Shown here: one piece after another, positions 1 through 9,233 of the stretch
Numbering within the stretch: position 1 is the first letter of the stretch
Layout: every line of letters starts with the position of its first letter
Assembly: GCA_046260075.1 (NCBI GenBank)
Contig: JBJYXS010000364.1
Coordinates: 1 to 43,168 of the forward strand
Reading direction: 5' to 3'
Length of the DNA: 43,168 nt
Source of the DNA: Anaerolineales bacterium
GTDB taxonomy: Bacteria > Chloroflexota > Anaerolineae > Anaerolineales > RBG-16-64-43
The notes under the pieces: model-generated
What the model saw: the letters and a program-made list of their open reading frames with translations, nothing else
Told to the model about the DNA's origin: nothing
The model's database searches: none
Translations under genes and position numbers: made by a program

Positions 1-1978
1 AGTATCCGCGCTCGGCCTTGTCCATCGAGAGGAACCCCAGCAATTGGTCGCCGGTCACCAGTGGCGCCCCGACCCAGGAGCCCACGTGCCATGTGGGACC
101 GATGGACTGCCAGTTGGGATCGGTATGTACGTCGGGGATGAAGTGCGGATGGCGCGTGGAGGCCATGTGCTGGATGCCCGTCAGGCGTTCGATCGGCAGA
201 TCCAGATGCGCGATCCAATCGGTGAGTCCGAATCGCTCGTATCCGCGGTGCGAGGCCACGCGCACCCGGTCTCCCTGCAGCAGCATGACGTTGGCGCTGT
301 CGAAGGGGACCACCCGGCCGATCTGTTCAAGCAGCGTTTCGAGGATCGTGCCGGCCCGCAGGGATCCGGAGAGGATCAACCCGATGTCGCGCAGCGTCTC
401 GGCCAGGATCCGCTGCTGCCGCTCGCTTTCGTACAGCCGGGCGTTAACCAGGGCCAGCGCCGCCTGTTCGGCGGGGACCCGCAGGCGCTGGAGTTCGAGC
501 GCGGTAAAGGTGCGGTTGTTCTGTCGGCTGTACAATCGCAGCAGCCCGAGGGCCTTTCCGCCGGCCCACAACGGGATCATCAACACCGCCCCATAATGCA
601 TGTGGCGCAGGATCTCGGCCTCGCTGGGATGGCAGTTCGGATCATCAACCCGCAGCAACAGCGGATCGCTTCCTTTTAACACCTGAGCGCTCACCGGGTG
701 GTCGTCCAGTGCATATCCTGCGCCGAACTCGCGGTCGGTCCGCTCGCCGAACGCGGAATAGGCCGCCAGAGTCCGCACCCGGACATGGTCGGGATCGACC
801 GAAGAGATGACGCAGGCGTCCATCCGCGCCGTCCAGACCAGCAGCACGGCGATCTGCTGCAGCAGTTCCTCCAAGTCGAGGGTCGAGGTGACCACCCGGG
901 CCATGTCGACGATCATCCGCAGGTCGGATTCCCGCTGCCGGCTTTCCTCCAACAGCCGCAAACGTTCGATTGTTCCGGCCGCCTGGACCGCATAAAGGGT
1001 CAACCCGTCCATCTCCGCCTGAGAAAACGTGTGCGGCAGCGTATAGCGGACCGAGAGGATGCCGATCACCTGGCTGCGGATCTTCAACGGCAAGCCGACC
1101 AGGGTGACCACTCCCTTGTCGCGCAGGACTTCCCGTTCGGCCGGACTCGGCAGTTCCTCAGCATTCAACACCTTCGGATCGCCGGTGGTGAGGATCTCTT
1201 GGATCAGCGATTCCGGATACGGAACGGTCTCGTCGATGATTTCGCGGCCGGATTTATCCAGGCCGTGGCTGAGGGTGATTCCGCCCTCGGGATCGATCAG
1301 ATAAACGATCGCTGATTGGGCGGAGGTGGCCATGAGGACGTATTTTGCGGTCAACTCCAGCGCTTGGGAGAATGTCGTGGCGGCGACGATCCGGCCGCCG
1401 AACTCGTAAAAGCGGGTCAATTGGATGTTGGCCGTCTGGGATTGCACGAACAGCCGCGATCCGAACAGCAGCACCGCAATGTGGCCGGCCAGCGACTGCA
1501 GCCAGGCGGCCTCCTCATCGGAAAACCGGCGCTCCTTCGTGTCGTTCAGATCCAGCACACCGAGGATCTGGCCGCCGGAGATGAGCGGCAGGCTGACTTG
1601 GGATTTCATTCCCAGACCGCGCAGGTATTCGCCCAGCACGGATTCCTCGGCTTCATTTTCGACGACGGTGATCTTGCGGGTTTGATACGCCCGCCCGGTG
1701 ATCGCCTCTCCGATCAACAGCCGCCGGCGCCGTTCCTCCGGTCCGGCGGTCGTTCCGGCTTCCGCCATCAGATGCAACACCTCCCCGCCGTCGCCGGTGA
1801 GGTAGATAGCCGCCGAGGGCATGCCGGAAAAGACCATCGCGGCCTCCAGCAGATCCGGCAGCAGGGTTTCGATGCTCCGGATGCTGGCGGCCTTCTCGAC
1901 CAGCTTGCCGAGGGTGTCGAGCAGGTCGGAAAGGCTTTTACCGAAGGGAGATGACGGGGTGCGGATCGTACGGGTCAT
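1..1978 (-). CDS. Multi-GAF-domain sensor protein; N-terminal 659 codons only, the C-terminus runs off the left edge
   Basis: I checked every minus-strand codon from ATG 1978-1976 to position 2 by hand and found no stop. The ORF is missing from the track because it has no stop inside the window. The translation (MTRTIRTPSSPFGKSLSDLLDTLGKL...GQILGVLDLND...SQVIGILSVRY...GKALGLLRLYS...DQLLGFLSMDKAERGY) shows repeated GAF-like blocks. Its ATG overlaps the rpe stop (ATGA at 1975-1978). The plus-strand ORFs at 18-1954 are Arg/Gly/Pro-rich antisense artefacts. Confidence 0.75.
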   Translation of the reverse strand, partial: MTRTIRTPSSPFGKSLSDLLDTLGKLVEKAASIRSIETLLPDLLEAAMVFSGMPSAAIYLTGDGGEVLHLMAEAGTTAGPEERRRRLLIGEAITGRAYQTRKITVVENEAEESVLGEYLRGLGMKSQVSLPLISGGQILGVLDLNDTKERRFSDEEAAWLQSLAGHIAVLLFGSRLFVQSQTANIQLTRFYEFGGRIVAATTFSQALELTAKYVLMATSAQSAIVYLIDPEGGITLSHGLDKSGREIIDETVPYPESLIQEILTTGDPKVLNAEELPSPAEREVLRDKGVVTLVGLPLKIRSQVIGILSVRYTLPHTFSQAEMDGLTLYAVQAAGTIERLRLLEESRQRESDLRMIVDMARVVTSTLDLEELLQQIAVLLVWTARMDACVISSVDPDHVRVRTLAAYSAFGERTDREFGAGYALDDHPVSAQVLKGSDPLLLRVDDPNCHPSEAEILRHMHYGAVLMIPLWAGGKALGLLRLYSRQNNRTFTALELQRLRVPAEQAALALVNARLYESERQQRILAETLRDIGLILSGSLRAGTILETLLEQIGRVVPFDSANVMLLQGDRVRVASHRGYERFGLTDWIAHLDLPIERLTGIQHMASTRHPHFIPDVHTDPNWQSIGPTWHVGSWVGAPLVTGDQLLGFLSMDKAERGY

Positions 1979-2667
1979 GTCTTGGCGAAGACGGATTCCG
2001 CCGCCCGGCGCATGTCGCGGACGGCTTCCGCAATGGGGACCTTGGCGCGGAAAATGGAGACGCCCGACACCAGCACGCTGGCGCCCGCCTCCGCCAACAG
2101 GGGTGCGTTTTCGTTCGTGATTCCTCCATCCACTTCCAGCTCGGCTTCAGATTCCGCGGCGTCGAGCCATTCGCGGATCCTGCGAACCCGCGCCGGACTG
2201 TCCGTCAGGAACGCCTGGCCGCCGAAACCGGGTTCGACCGACATCACCAATATCAAGTCCGCCAGTTTCAGGCCGGCTTGAATCGAAAGCAGGGGGGTTT
2301 TGGGACGCAGGGTCAATCCGCTGCGCGCTCCGTGGGTGCGGATCGCCTTCAGGGTGCCCAACACATCCTTGGAAGCTTCCACCTGAATGGTGATGATATC
2401 CGCGCCCGCCTCTGCGAATCGGGGAACGAACCGTTCCGGCTCATCGATCATCAGGTGGACGTCGACGACGGCGCCCGCTTCGTGGACCATCGGCGCCAAG
2501 GCCTCGACGACGAGCGGCCCGACGGATAGGTTCGGTACAAAATGGCCGTCCATGACGTCCATGTGGATGAATTCGGCGCCGGCATTGAGAGCCTCTGCGA
2601 CCTGATCGCCCAGATGGAGGAAATCGGCGGCTAAAATGGACGGAGCAATTTTAATTTTTCTCGCCAT
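1975..2667 (-). CDS. rpe: Ribulose-phosphate 3-epimerase
   Basis: 230 aa. Starts MARKIKIAPSILAADF..., followed by HMDVMDGHFVPN, MSVEPGFGGQAF and EVDGGI. These are the canonical Rpe motifs across the full length. Confidence 0.95.
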   Translation of the reverse strand: MARKIKIAPSILAADFLHLGDQVAEALNAGAEFIHMDVMDGHFVPNLSVGPLVVEALAPMVHEAGAVVDVHLMIDEPERFVPRFAEAGADIITIQVEASKDVLGTLKAIRTHGARSGLTLRPKTPLLSIQAGLKLADLILVMSVEPGFGGQAFLTDSPARVRRIREWLDAAESEAELEVDGGITNENAPLLAEAGASVLVSGVSIFRAKVPIAEAVRDMRRAAESVFAKT

Positions 2668-2938
2668 ACTCCCCCCTTCCCGGTGGAGGATTGCTCTTCA
2701 TGGCCCCCATTCTACCCCTATTGGAAGGATCCTCATCTTGAGGAAACATTGCGGCCTTTTTCATTTCCATAGGAAAACAAGGCCGCGAAGCTTATTCCGG
2801 ATTATTAAGACCCATTTTGTAGACTAGTAATTACTTGGAGTAGTATACAGTAGTCAACAATCCCATCCCCGGGTATTGGATACGTCCACACGATTCCGGG
2901 TAAACCGCACGCCCAAGACACGGCGAATGGCAGCGATC

Positions 2939-4246
2939 TTATTTTTGGGCATCGGCGACGATCGCCGCGATGGCCGCACCGATGCCCGATCCGTCCTTGA
3001 CCAGGCGCGTGGTCACGTTGCCGGCGGCTTTATCGAGGACGGCCTTGAGGCCGGCGCGGATCCCCGCGTCGTACCCCGGCATGTGCGCATACAGCGAACC
3101 ATCGATGGCCACCATGTGCGGCTGTTCCCCATCAGGGTCGAGGTAGCGCAGGATGCCCCCGAACGTGGCGCCTACCAGCCGGGCGGAGCGTCCCGCCACG
3201 CTCACAACCACTCGGCGGATGGCTTGTAATTGATCGTCCGCCAATCCGGAAAGACCCAGCTGGGTTTTTGCAATGGTTTGGGTATCCCGGCATTCCGGGC
3301 CGTCTTCGATAATCCGGCTCAGGTGGACGCCGGTAAGCGTCCCGCGGTCCCAGCCTCCGCCTTTTGCGGGCAGGAGCCGCTCGGCGGCCATTTCCCGCAA
3401 TACGGCCAGCACCACCTCTCCGAGGTATGCGCCCGACACCATCTTCTCCAGGAGCTGGGCGCCGGGCCGGTCGCTCCGTTCGTTCACCTCCTCATCGTAA
3501 GGGGCCAGCGCCACGCCGTCGAAATTGCCCGATTCCATATTCACGATCATGGGCGCGCTGGTGAGCGGATGGCGCGGCTCCAGATAGCAGGTGTTATGTC
3601 CCGTCCCGCAGATGCTGCCGAGATCCGCATTCCGGAACTGGTAGGCGGCCGCCAGCAGGGTTCCGACCGTATCGTTGATGACCGCCCGGGGGCGGACATG
3701 CCGCACACCGCGGCGTTCCAGCGCTTCCGCCAGGAGGGGCGTGATATCCCGGCCCTCGACGCCGCCCGTCCGGATCTCCTTCGTCCATTGGATCAGCACC
3801 GCCCGGTTGACCCCCTCCTGCCGGCAGGGGAAGGAAAAGGTATGCCCCAGCGGGATTTCCGCCTCGCAATCCGCCGCCACTTCGGCCACGTTATCCGCGA
3901 TGAAATCGAATAATTCCTCCGCACTGCTTTCCTCCCGGGTGTAGTCATAGGATCCGTTCGGAGCCTTCAGGCTGAAGGAACGGGGAGGATCGCACGTCAC
4001 GCCGCCGTCGGCCAAGCGGACTTTGAGGATGCGGACATTGGTGCCGCCGAAATCGACGGCCACGGCCTCCCCCCGTTCGTCCCCGCGCGGCGGGGCGATG
4101 TACGACGGCAGCATTTTTAATGAACTCGGATGTCCGGCCAGCCCGGCGCGCATGGCGGCGGTGAAGCGTTCCGCCATCTGCCGCAGGTATTCGCCGGTCG
4201 GATCCAACCGGTTGCAGCTTCCCCGCACATACTTCGCCAAGTTCAT
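2939..4246 (-). CDS. Hexokinase-family sugar kinase (eukaryote-type hexokinase fold, Pfam PF00349/PF03727)
   Basis: 435 aa carrying the hexokinase signature blocks DFGGTNVR, LGHTFSFPCRQ, INDTVGTLLA, GTGHNTCY, VNMESGNFDG, LEKMVSGAYLGE, AIDGSLY and KDGSGIGAAIAA. An AGGAG Shine-Dalgarno (SD) lies 6 nt before the ATG. Confidence 0.9.
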   Translation of the reverse strand: MNLAKYVRGSCNRLDPTGEYLRQMAERFTAAMRAGLAGHPSSLKMLPSYIAPPRGDERGEAVAVDFGGTNVRILKVRLADGGVTCDPPRSFSLKAPNGSYDYTREESSAEELFDFIADNVAEVAADCEAEIPLGHTFSFPCRQEGVNRAVLIQWTKEIRTGGVEGRDITPLLAEALERRGVRHVRPRAVINDTVGTLLAAAYQFRNADLGSICGTGHNTCYLEPRHPLTSAPMIVNMESGNFDGVALAPYDEEVNERSDRPGAQLLEKMVSGAYLGEVVLAVLREMAAERLLPAKGGGWDRGTLTGVHLSRIIEDGPECRDTQTIAKTQLGLSGLADDQLQAIRRVVVSVAGRSARLVGATFGGILRYLDPDGEQPHMVAIDGSLYAHMPGYDAGIRAGLKAVLDKAAGNVTTRLVKDGSGIGAAIAAIVADAQK

Positions 4247-4451
4247 GATCCGCTCCTGTACGATCGGACTCGCATCTTCCGTTCCGCCGCATTCCGCGGC
4301 GCGTGCTCATTGCCCGCCGGGCAGGCAGCGCCCGATTCATTATACTGATTCCGCAAGCGGCGAACACGGCCCGGCCGCACCGGCCGGAACCGGGGGACGG
4401 CGCAAGCGATCCGTGCAGGGACCGCTACACCGCCCGCCGCGGAACGCCTCC

Positions 4452-4480
4452 TTGCTCCGGCATCTCCGGGCCGGTATACT
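4452..4480 (+). promoter_or_regulatory. Sigma70-like promoter for the histidine kinase gene
   Basis: TTGCTC (4452-4457), 17-nt spacer, TATACT (4475-4480). It sits about 80 nt upstream of ATG 4562. Confidence 0.4.
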
Positions 4481-4561
4481 CTCGAACAAGACCGGCGGTT
4501 GGTTTCCATCCCGGCCGACGGTGAACCGCCGACCGGCCGTCCGCAAGGGACGGTCGGTCCC

Positions 4562-6166
4562 ATGAGTGCCGCGATGATTCCCGATTACCGCATCCAACAG
4601 CGCGACCTGCTGATCGAAATCCTCCGCACCATCACCGAAGAACTCGACCTGGACCGGGTGCTGGAAAAGATCCTCCGCATCTCGGTGGACATTCTCAACG
4701 GACAGGCGGGGATCATTGCACTGGCCGGCGGCGGACGGATGGATGCGCCGGCCTGGCGGATCGCCGCATCCGTCGGTGTTACGCCCGCGTTCCTGAAATC
4801 CCTGGAAGCCGTCCTCCGCGATCTGCCGGCGGCCGACACCCCTCAGCGCCGCCTTCTTCCGGAGATCGACCGGCGGCTGCAGCGGCTGACCCGGAAGGCA
4901 TCCCTGGGCTGGCTGGCCAGCCTCGGACTGCCGATGGTGGCCCGGGGATCGGTGGTGGGGGCGGCGTATATTTTCCGCACCGGGCCGGTGCGCTTTTCCG
5001 ACGACGAACGCGCCCTGCTGCAGGCATTCACCGACCAAGCCGCGGTGGCGGTATCCAACGCGCGGTTGTTCGCGCTCGTACGCGAGGAAAAGCAGCGCCT
5101 TAACGCCATCCTGGAATCCTCCGCCGAGGGGATCGCGATCCTCGGCTCCGACAACCGCATCCAGCGCTTCAACCGCGCCATCGCCCGTCTGACGGGCGTT
5201 CCCGCGGAGAAGGCCATCGGCGCACTGCACGACGACATCCTGCGATTCACCGGCATCGACACCGGACGCACCCTTTCGCAAGCCGAAGCCGGGGGATGGC
5301 CGCTTTCGGACCAGGCGTCATTGTATCTGGAGGCCGATCTGGCCCGCGATGCGGGCGGCCCCCTGAGCGTCGGCGTCACCTACGCCCCCGTGTTCGCCAA
5401 CGACCGGAGCCTGTTGAATATCGTGGTCGGCATGCGCGATCTGACCCGCTTCCGCGAAGCCGAGGAGATGAAGGATACGTTCATCTCCATCATCAGCCAT
5501 GAATTGAAAACTCCGGTGGCGCTGATCAAAGGGTACGCCAGCACGCTGCGCCGCGAGGACGTGGATTGGGAACGGTCGGTGGTGGACGACTCGCTGCAGG
5601 TGATCGAGGAGGAAGCCGACCGCCTGACCGCCCTGATCGAAGACCTGCTCGATGCTTCGCGCCTTCAGGCCGGCGGACTCTCGCCGAACTACGGCGATGT
5701 GGACATCCCGCGGCTGGCGGCGCGGGTGGCCGAACGGATGGCCCGTCAATTCCCGGACCGCACGATCCGCGCCGAATTCCCCGATTCCTTCCCGGCCGTC
5801 TCGGCGGACGAGCAGCGCATCAGTCAGGTCCTGTTCAACCTGGTCTCCAACGCCGTCAAATATTCCGCGGCCGGGACTCCGATCGATATCCGCGGCAGGG
5901 CGTCCGCCGAAACGGTGACCGTCTCCGTCGCCGACCGCGGATCCGGGATCGATCCCCAGGACATACCGCACGTTTTCGACCGGTTTTTCCGCGGAACGGA
6001 TGCGGCGAAACGCACCAAAGGCGCGGGGTTGGGCTTGTATCTGGCAAAGGCCGTCGTCGAAGCCCACGGCGGCAGGATCTGGATCGAATCACCCTCGGAA
6101 AAAGGCACCGTCGTCTCCTTCGAAATTCCGCGTGCCCCCCAACCGGCGGAATCCGACCGCCGCTGA
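4562..6166 (+). CDS. Sensor histidine kinase (GAF-PAS-HisKA-HATPase_c), cytoplasmic, with no adjacent response regulator
   Basis: The track ORF starts at TTG 4499; the first in-frame ATG is at 4562 (MSAAMIPDY...). H-box SHELKTPVALIKGY, N-box LVSNAVKYS, G1 DRGSGI, G2 GAGLGLYLAK. A GAF-like N-terminus and a PAS-like middle segment (EGIAILGSDNRIQRFNRA). Confidence 0.9.
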   Translation: MSAAMIPDYRIQQRDLLIEILRTITEELDLDRVLEKILRISVDILNGQAGIIALAGGGRMDAPAWRIAASVGVTPAFLKSLEAVLRDLPAADTPQRRLLPEIDRRLQRLTRKASLGWLASLGLPMVARGSVVGAAYIFRTGPVRFSDDERALLQAFTDQAAVAVSNARLFALVREEKQRLNAILESSAEGIAILGSDNRIQRFNRAIARLTGVPAEKAIGALHDDILRFTGIDTGRTLSQAEAGGWPLSDQASLYLEADLARDAGGPLSVGVTYAPVFANDRSLLNIVVGMRDLTRFREAEEMKDTFISIISHELKTPVALIKGYASTLRREDVDWERSVVDDSLQVIEEEADRLTALIEDLLDASRLQAGGLSPNYGDVDIPRLAARVAERMARQFPDRTIRAEFPDSFPAVSADEQRISQVLFNLVSNAVKYSAAGTPIDIRGRASAETVTVSVADRGSGIDPQDIPHVFDRFFRGTDAAKRTKGAGLGLYLAKAVVEAHGGRIWIESPSEKGTVVSFEIPRAPQPAESDRR

Positions 6167-6290
6167 CCGCCGATCGACGATTGTCTTTTTCCGATCCCCT
6201 TTCATCATTCTTCGACTGCATGCGGATGGACCGGTTCGCTCCCCGGCTATGGTCGATGGTCCATGGTCCATCGCCGATCTTTCCCCTGTC

Positions 6291-6319
6291 TTGATGAGAT
6301 CATCCCCGCCGGGTACAAT
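6291..6319 (+). promoter_or_regulatory. Sigma70-like promoter for the CpXC gene
   Basis: TTGATG (6291-6296), 17-nt spacer, TACAAT (6314-6319). Confidence 0.45.
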
Positions 6320-6375
6320 TCGCCATTCCTCCCTTGGTCAACCGCTCCTCCGGAGAATATGCTGAAAGGAATCTC

Positions 6376-7734
6376 ATGCCGCCTTTTACCACAACCATTA
6401 AGTGCCCGAACTGCTCCACGCCGCAGCCTGCCGCCATCGAGCAAGTCATCGACGTCGCCCAGGATCCCGCCGCTAAAACGCGCCTGCTGCAGGGACAGTT
6501 GAACTTCTTTGTGTGTCCGTCATGCGGCTTCCAGGGAACGCTGTCCACCCCGCTGGTGTACCACGACCCGGTGAAGGAATTATTGCTAACCTTTGTCCCG
6601 CCGGAAGCGCCGCTGACCGCCATGGAACAAGAGAAAGCCCTGGGAGCGTTGATCCAGCAGGTGATGCAATCCCTGCCCGCCGAACAGCGCAAAGGGTACC
6701 TCCTGCGCCCGCAGGCCGTCCTCACCGCACAGGGGCTGGTCGAACGGGTTCTGGAAGCCGATGGGATCACCAAGGAAATGCTGGAGCAACAACGCGCTAA
6801 ATCCCGGCTCGTCCGCGAGTTGATCGAGGCGGAACCGGACGCCCGGCGGGAACTGATCGCCAAACAGGATAAACGGATCGACGCGGATGTGCTGGCTCTG
6901 ATCTCCGTCATCGCCCGTTCGGCATCCGCCCAGAAGGATGAGGCCTTTGCCAAGCAGGCGCTCGCCGCCCGCGAAGATGTCCTCCACCAATCCACGGCCG
7001 GTAAACGATCCTTGGCCCAACAGGAGGAAATGGACCACGCCGCCCGCGATCTGCAGGGCCTGGGGAAGGAATTCAACATCGATTCGCTCGTCCGGCTGGT
7101 CGCCGCCGCCCCTTCGCTGGACCGGGTCACCGCTCTGGCGGCTCTCGCCTGGCAGGTGATGGATTATTCATTCTTCCAGCGCTTTACGGAAAATCTGGAA
7201 AAAGCCTCCGGAACCGAACGGGAGCGGCTGACGGCGATCCGCGACCGGGCCCTCCTCGAGGTGCAACGGGTGCAGCAGGCCGTGCAATCCGAAATGAACC
7301 TCACCGCCGGGGTGCTGCAGAGCATCCTCCAGGCGCCGGATCTGGATGCCGCCGTCGAGCAGTACCTGCCCGAATGCAACGATTTGTTCTTCGCCATCCT
7401 CGAAGCGAATCTGGAAACCGCCCGCCGAGAAAAGCAGGAAGAGAACGCGAAGCGGCTGGAGGAGGTCAAGACCAAGATCTTCGCCGCCCTGGAAAAATCC
7501 CTGCCCCCCGAATTGCGGCTCCTCCGCGAACTGCTCGAAAAGGAAACCGATGAACAGGCCGAGGCGTTGCTCTCCGAACGGGCGGCCGAAATCACGGAGG
7601 CCTTCGTCTCCGCGTTGAAGCACACCGTTGAGGACTTGGAATCCGGTCCGGAAGATCCGCGGGGCAAACGCATGAAGCGGCTGTTGGAACTCGCCGAAAA
7701 GCAGCTTGCGATGGCGAAGTTCGCCGGGAAGTAG
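6376..7734 (+). CDS. CpXC-type zinc-ribbon domain protein with a long acidic alpha-helical C-terminal extension
   Basis: ATG 6376 preceded by AAAGGAA. The N-terminus MPPFTTTIKCPNCS...FFVCPSCGF contains two CPxC motifs about 36 residues apart. The remaining ~330 aa are E/A/L/Q/R-rich and predicted helical. Function unknown. Confidence 0.7.
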   Translation: MPPFTTTIKCPNCSTPQPAAIEQVIDVAQDPAAKTRLLQGQLNFFVCPSCGFQGTLSTPLVYHDPVKELLLTFVPPEAPLTAMEQEKALGALIQQVMQSLPAEQRKGYLLRPQAVLTAQGLVERVLEADGITKEMLEQQRAKSRLVRELIEAEPDARRELIAKQDKRIDADVLALISVIARSASAQKDEAFAKQALAAREDVLHQSTAGKRSLAQQEEMDHAARDLQGLGKEFNIDSLVRLVAAAPSLDRVTALAALAWQVMDYSFFQRFTENLEKASGTERERLTAIRDRALLEVQRVQQAVQSEMNLTAGVLQSILQAPDLDAAVEQYLPECNDLFFAILEANLETARREKQEENAKRLEEVKTKIFAALEKSLPPELRLLRELLEKETDEQAEALLSERAAEITEAFVSALKHTVEDLESGPEDPRGKRMKRLLELAEKQLAMAKFAGK

Positions 7735-7795
7735 TCTCCGATCAGCGGACCGTCGATTCATATCCGGCCGATGCCCCGTTGCGGCGCGGCGGGCT

Positions 7796-9232
7796 CTACG
7801 GAACCGCCTGCCGGAGGATGAACAGGGTCACGGATTCCGCCGGAAAATCGACCGTCGTCTGGCCGTGGAAGGCCGTGTCCGCGATTTGTTCCGCGTTGTG
7901 CATGCTGTCGAACCGCCACGTCTCGGCGGCCGTTTGGTATGCCATCCCCTCGATCCGCAGCATTTTCGAAATATCCTTCGAATCCATGTTGATGACCATC
8001 AACGTCAGACTGCCGTCCGCGGTTTTCGCGGCGTAAATGTTCACATATTCCGTATCGCTGGAAGCATATACCAATTCGGAACCGAAACGGGAATACATGT
8101 CGAAGACGTACTTGATCGGCCGGATCGCCGACAGGCTGGTCATGCCCAGGCCGCCGGCCCCTTCCAGGCAGAAGTGCGCCGCGAGGTCCACCCGCTGGCG
8201 GGCCAACCTTCCCAAGACATCGGCGTACCAAATCGCGTTGTAAAAGGAATCCGGAGTGGCTTCCTCCCCCTCGCGGTTCGACCAATTGGAGTTCACTTCG
8301 GTGACGGCGATGGGCAGATCCCGTCCCAGTTCGTTGTGAACGATGTATCGCAGCCGGGGGATGATCGAATCCCATTCGGCGGAATTATCCCGTAAATCGG
8401 AGACGGCGACATCGGTTGCGCCGAAGGGATAGCGGTGGACGGATACGATGTCCACCAGGTCGCCGTTGGCCCGCAGGAACGCGCGCAGCCAATCCCGTCC
8501 GGCGCGGTCCGCGGGATCCGTCTGGGGATCGCCGGTGAACTGGCTGGTTTCCGGCCCGATCAGGAGGATAGAGGGATCCACTTCCCGCATGGCCGTCGCG
8601 AGGGCGCGCCATTCCCGGTTGAATATCTCCGTGTCGTAATCCGTCATCTGGTATTTCATGTCGTAGAGATCGGGTTCATTGCCGACCGCCCAATACCGGA
8701 TTCCATACTGCTTTTCGACATTGGCATACCGGACCACTTTTGCGGCGCTTTCCGGCGTGGCGCTCTTCAACTTGACATTCACCATCGGTTCGGCCCCCAG
8801 ATCCTCCGCCAATTCGATGAATTCGTCGAGCCGGCCCTCCACAAAGGTGTACTCATCCCCCCATGCGCCGCCCGGGTAGCGAAGCAGCCGGATGCCCGCC
8901 GCCTGAAGATCCGGCGTGACGCGCCGGGAAAGGTTTTGCCAGGGCCCGTAATTGGTCCCATAGATCAATGGGGAGATCTCGCCCAGCGGCCGGTCGGTCT
9001 GCACATACAATGCCTCCGGATAGGGCGACGGCGTGGCGGTCGGCGTATCGACCGGATACAGCGTCACGGCGGTATGCGCGGCCGTCGGCGAGCGGGTGGC
9101 CGGCGGGACCGGCTCGGTTGTGGGGGATTGTCCGGCCGAAGGTTCCTGCATAGCATTCGGGTTGCAGGAAACGGCCAAAACCGCCTGCAACCCGATAACG
9201 AAGGCTACGCGTAGGTTGGGGGAGATCCGCAT
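7796..9232 (-). CDS. Secreted lipoprotein glycoside hydrolase, clan GH-A TIM barrel plus C-terminal beta-sandwich; family not assignable by eye
   Basis: Lipobox LAVSC followed by a Pro/Thr linker. LRYPGGAWGDEY, acid/base-type WAVGNEPD and nucleophile-type AVTEVNS. It is the last gene of the ABC operon, starting 1 nt after the permease stop. Confidence 0.8.
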   Translation of the reverse strand: MRISPNLRVAFVIGLQAVLAVSCNPNAMQEPSAGQSPTTEPVPPATRSPTAAHTAVTLYPVDTPTATPSPYPEALYVQTDRPLGEISPLIYGTNYGPWQNLSRRVTPDLQAAGIRLLRYPGGAWGDEYTFVEGRLDEFIELAEDLGAEPMVNVKLKSATPESAAKVVRYANVEKQYGIRYWAVGNEPDLYDMKYQMTDYDTEIFNREWRALATAMREVDPSILLIGPETSQFTGDPQTDPADRAGRDWLRAFLRANGDLVDIVSVHRYPFGATDVAVSDLRDNSAEWDSIIPRLRYIVHNELGRDLPIAVTEVNSNWSNREGEEATPDSFYNAIWYADVLGRLARQRVDLAAHFCLEGAGGLGMTSLSAIRPIKYVFDMYSRFGSELVYASSDTEYVNIYAAKTADGSLTLMVINMDSKDISKMLRIEGMAYQTAAETWRFDSMHNAEQIADTAFHGQTTVDFPAESVTLFILRQAVP

Positions 9233-9233
9233 A

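Noticed and set aside
18-1954. Four plus-strand ORFs (192-212 aa) covering the left 2 kb.
   Set aside because: They have Arg/Gly/Pro/His-rich low-complexity translations with no recognisable motifs. They lie antisense to a continuous 659-codon GAF-encoding frame. This is the typical shadow-ORF pattern of GC-rich DNA.
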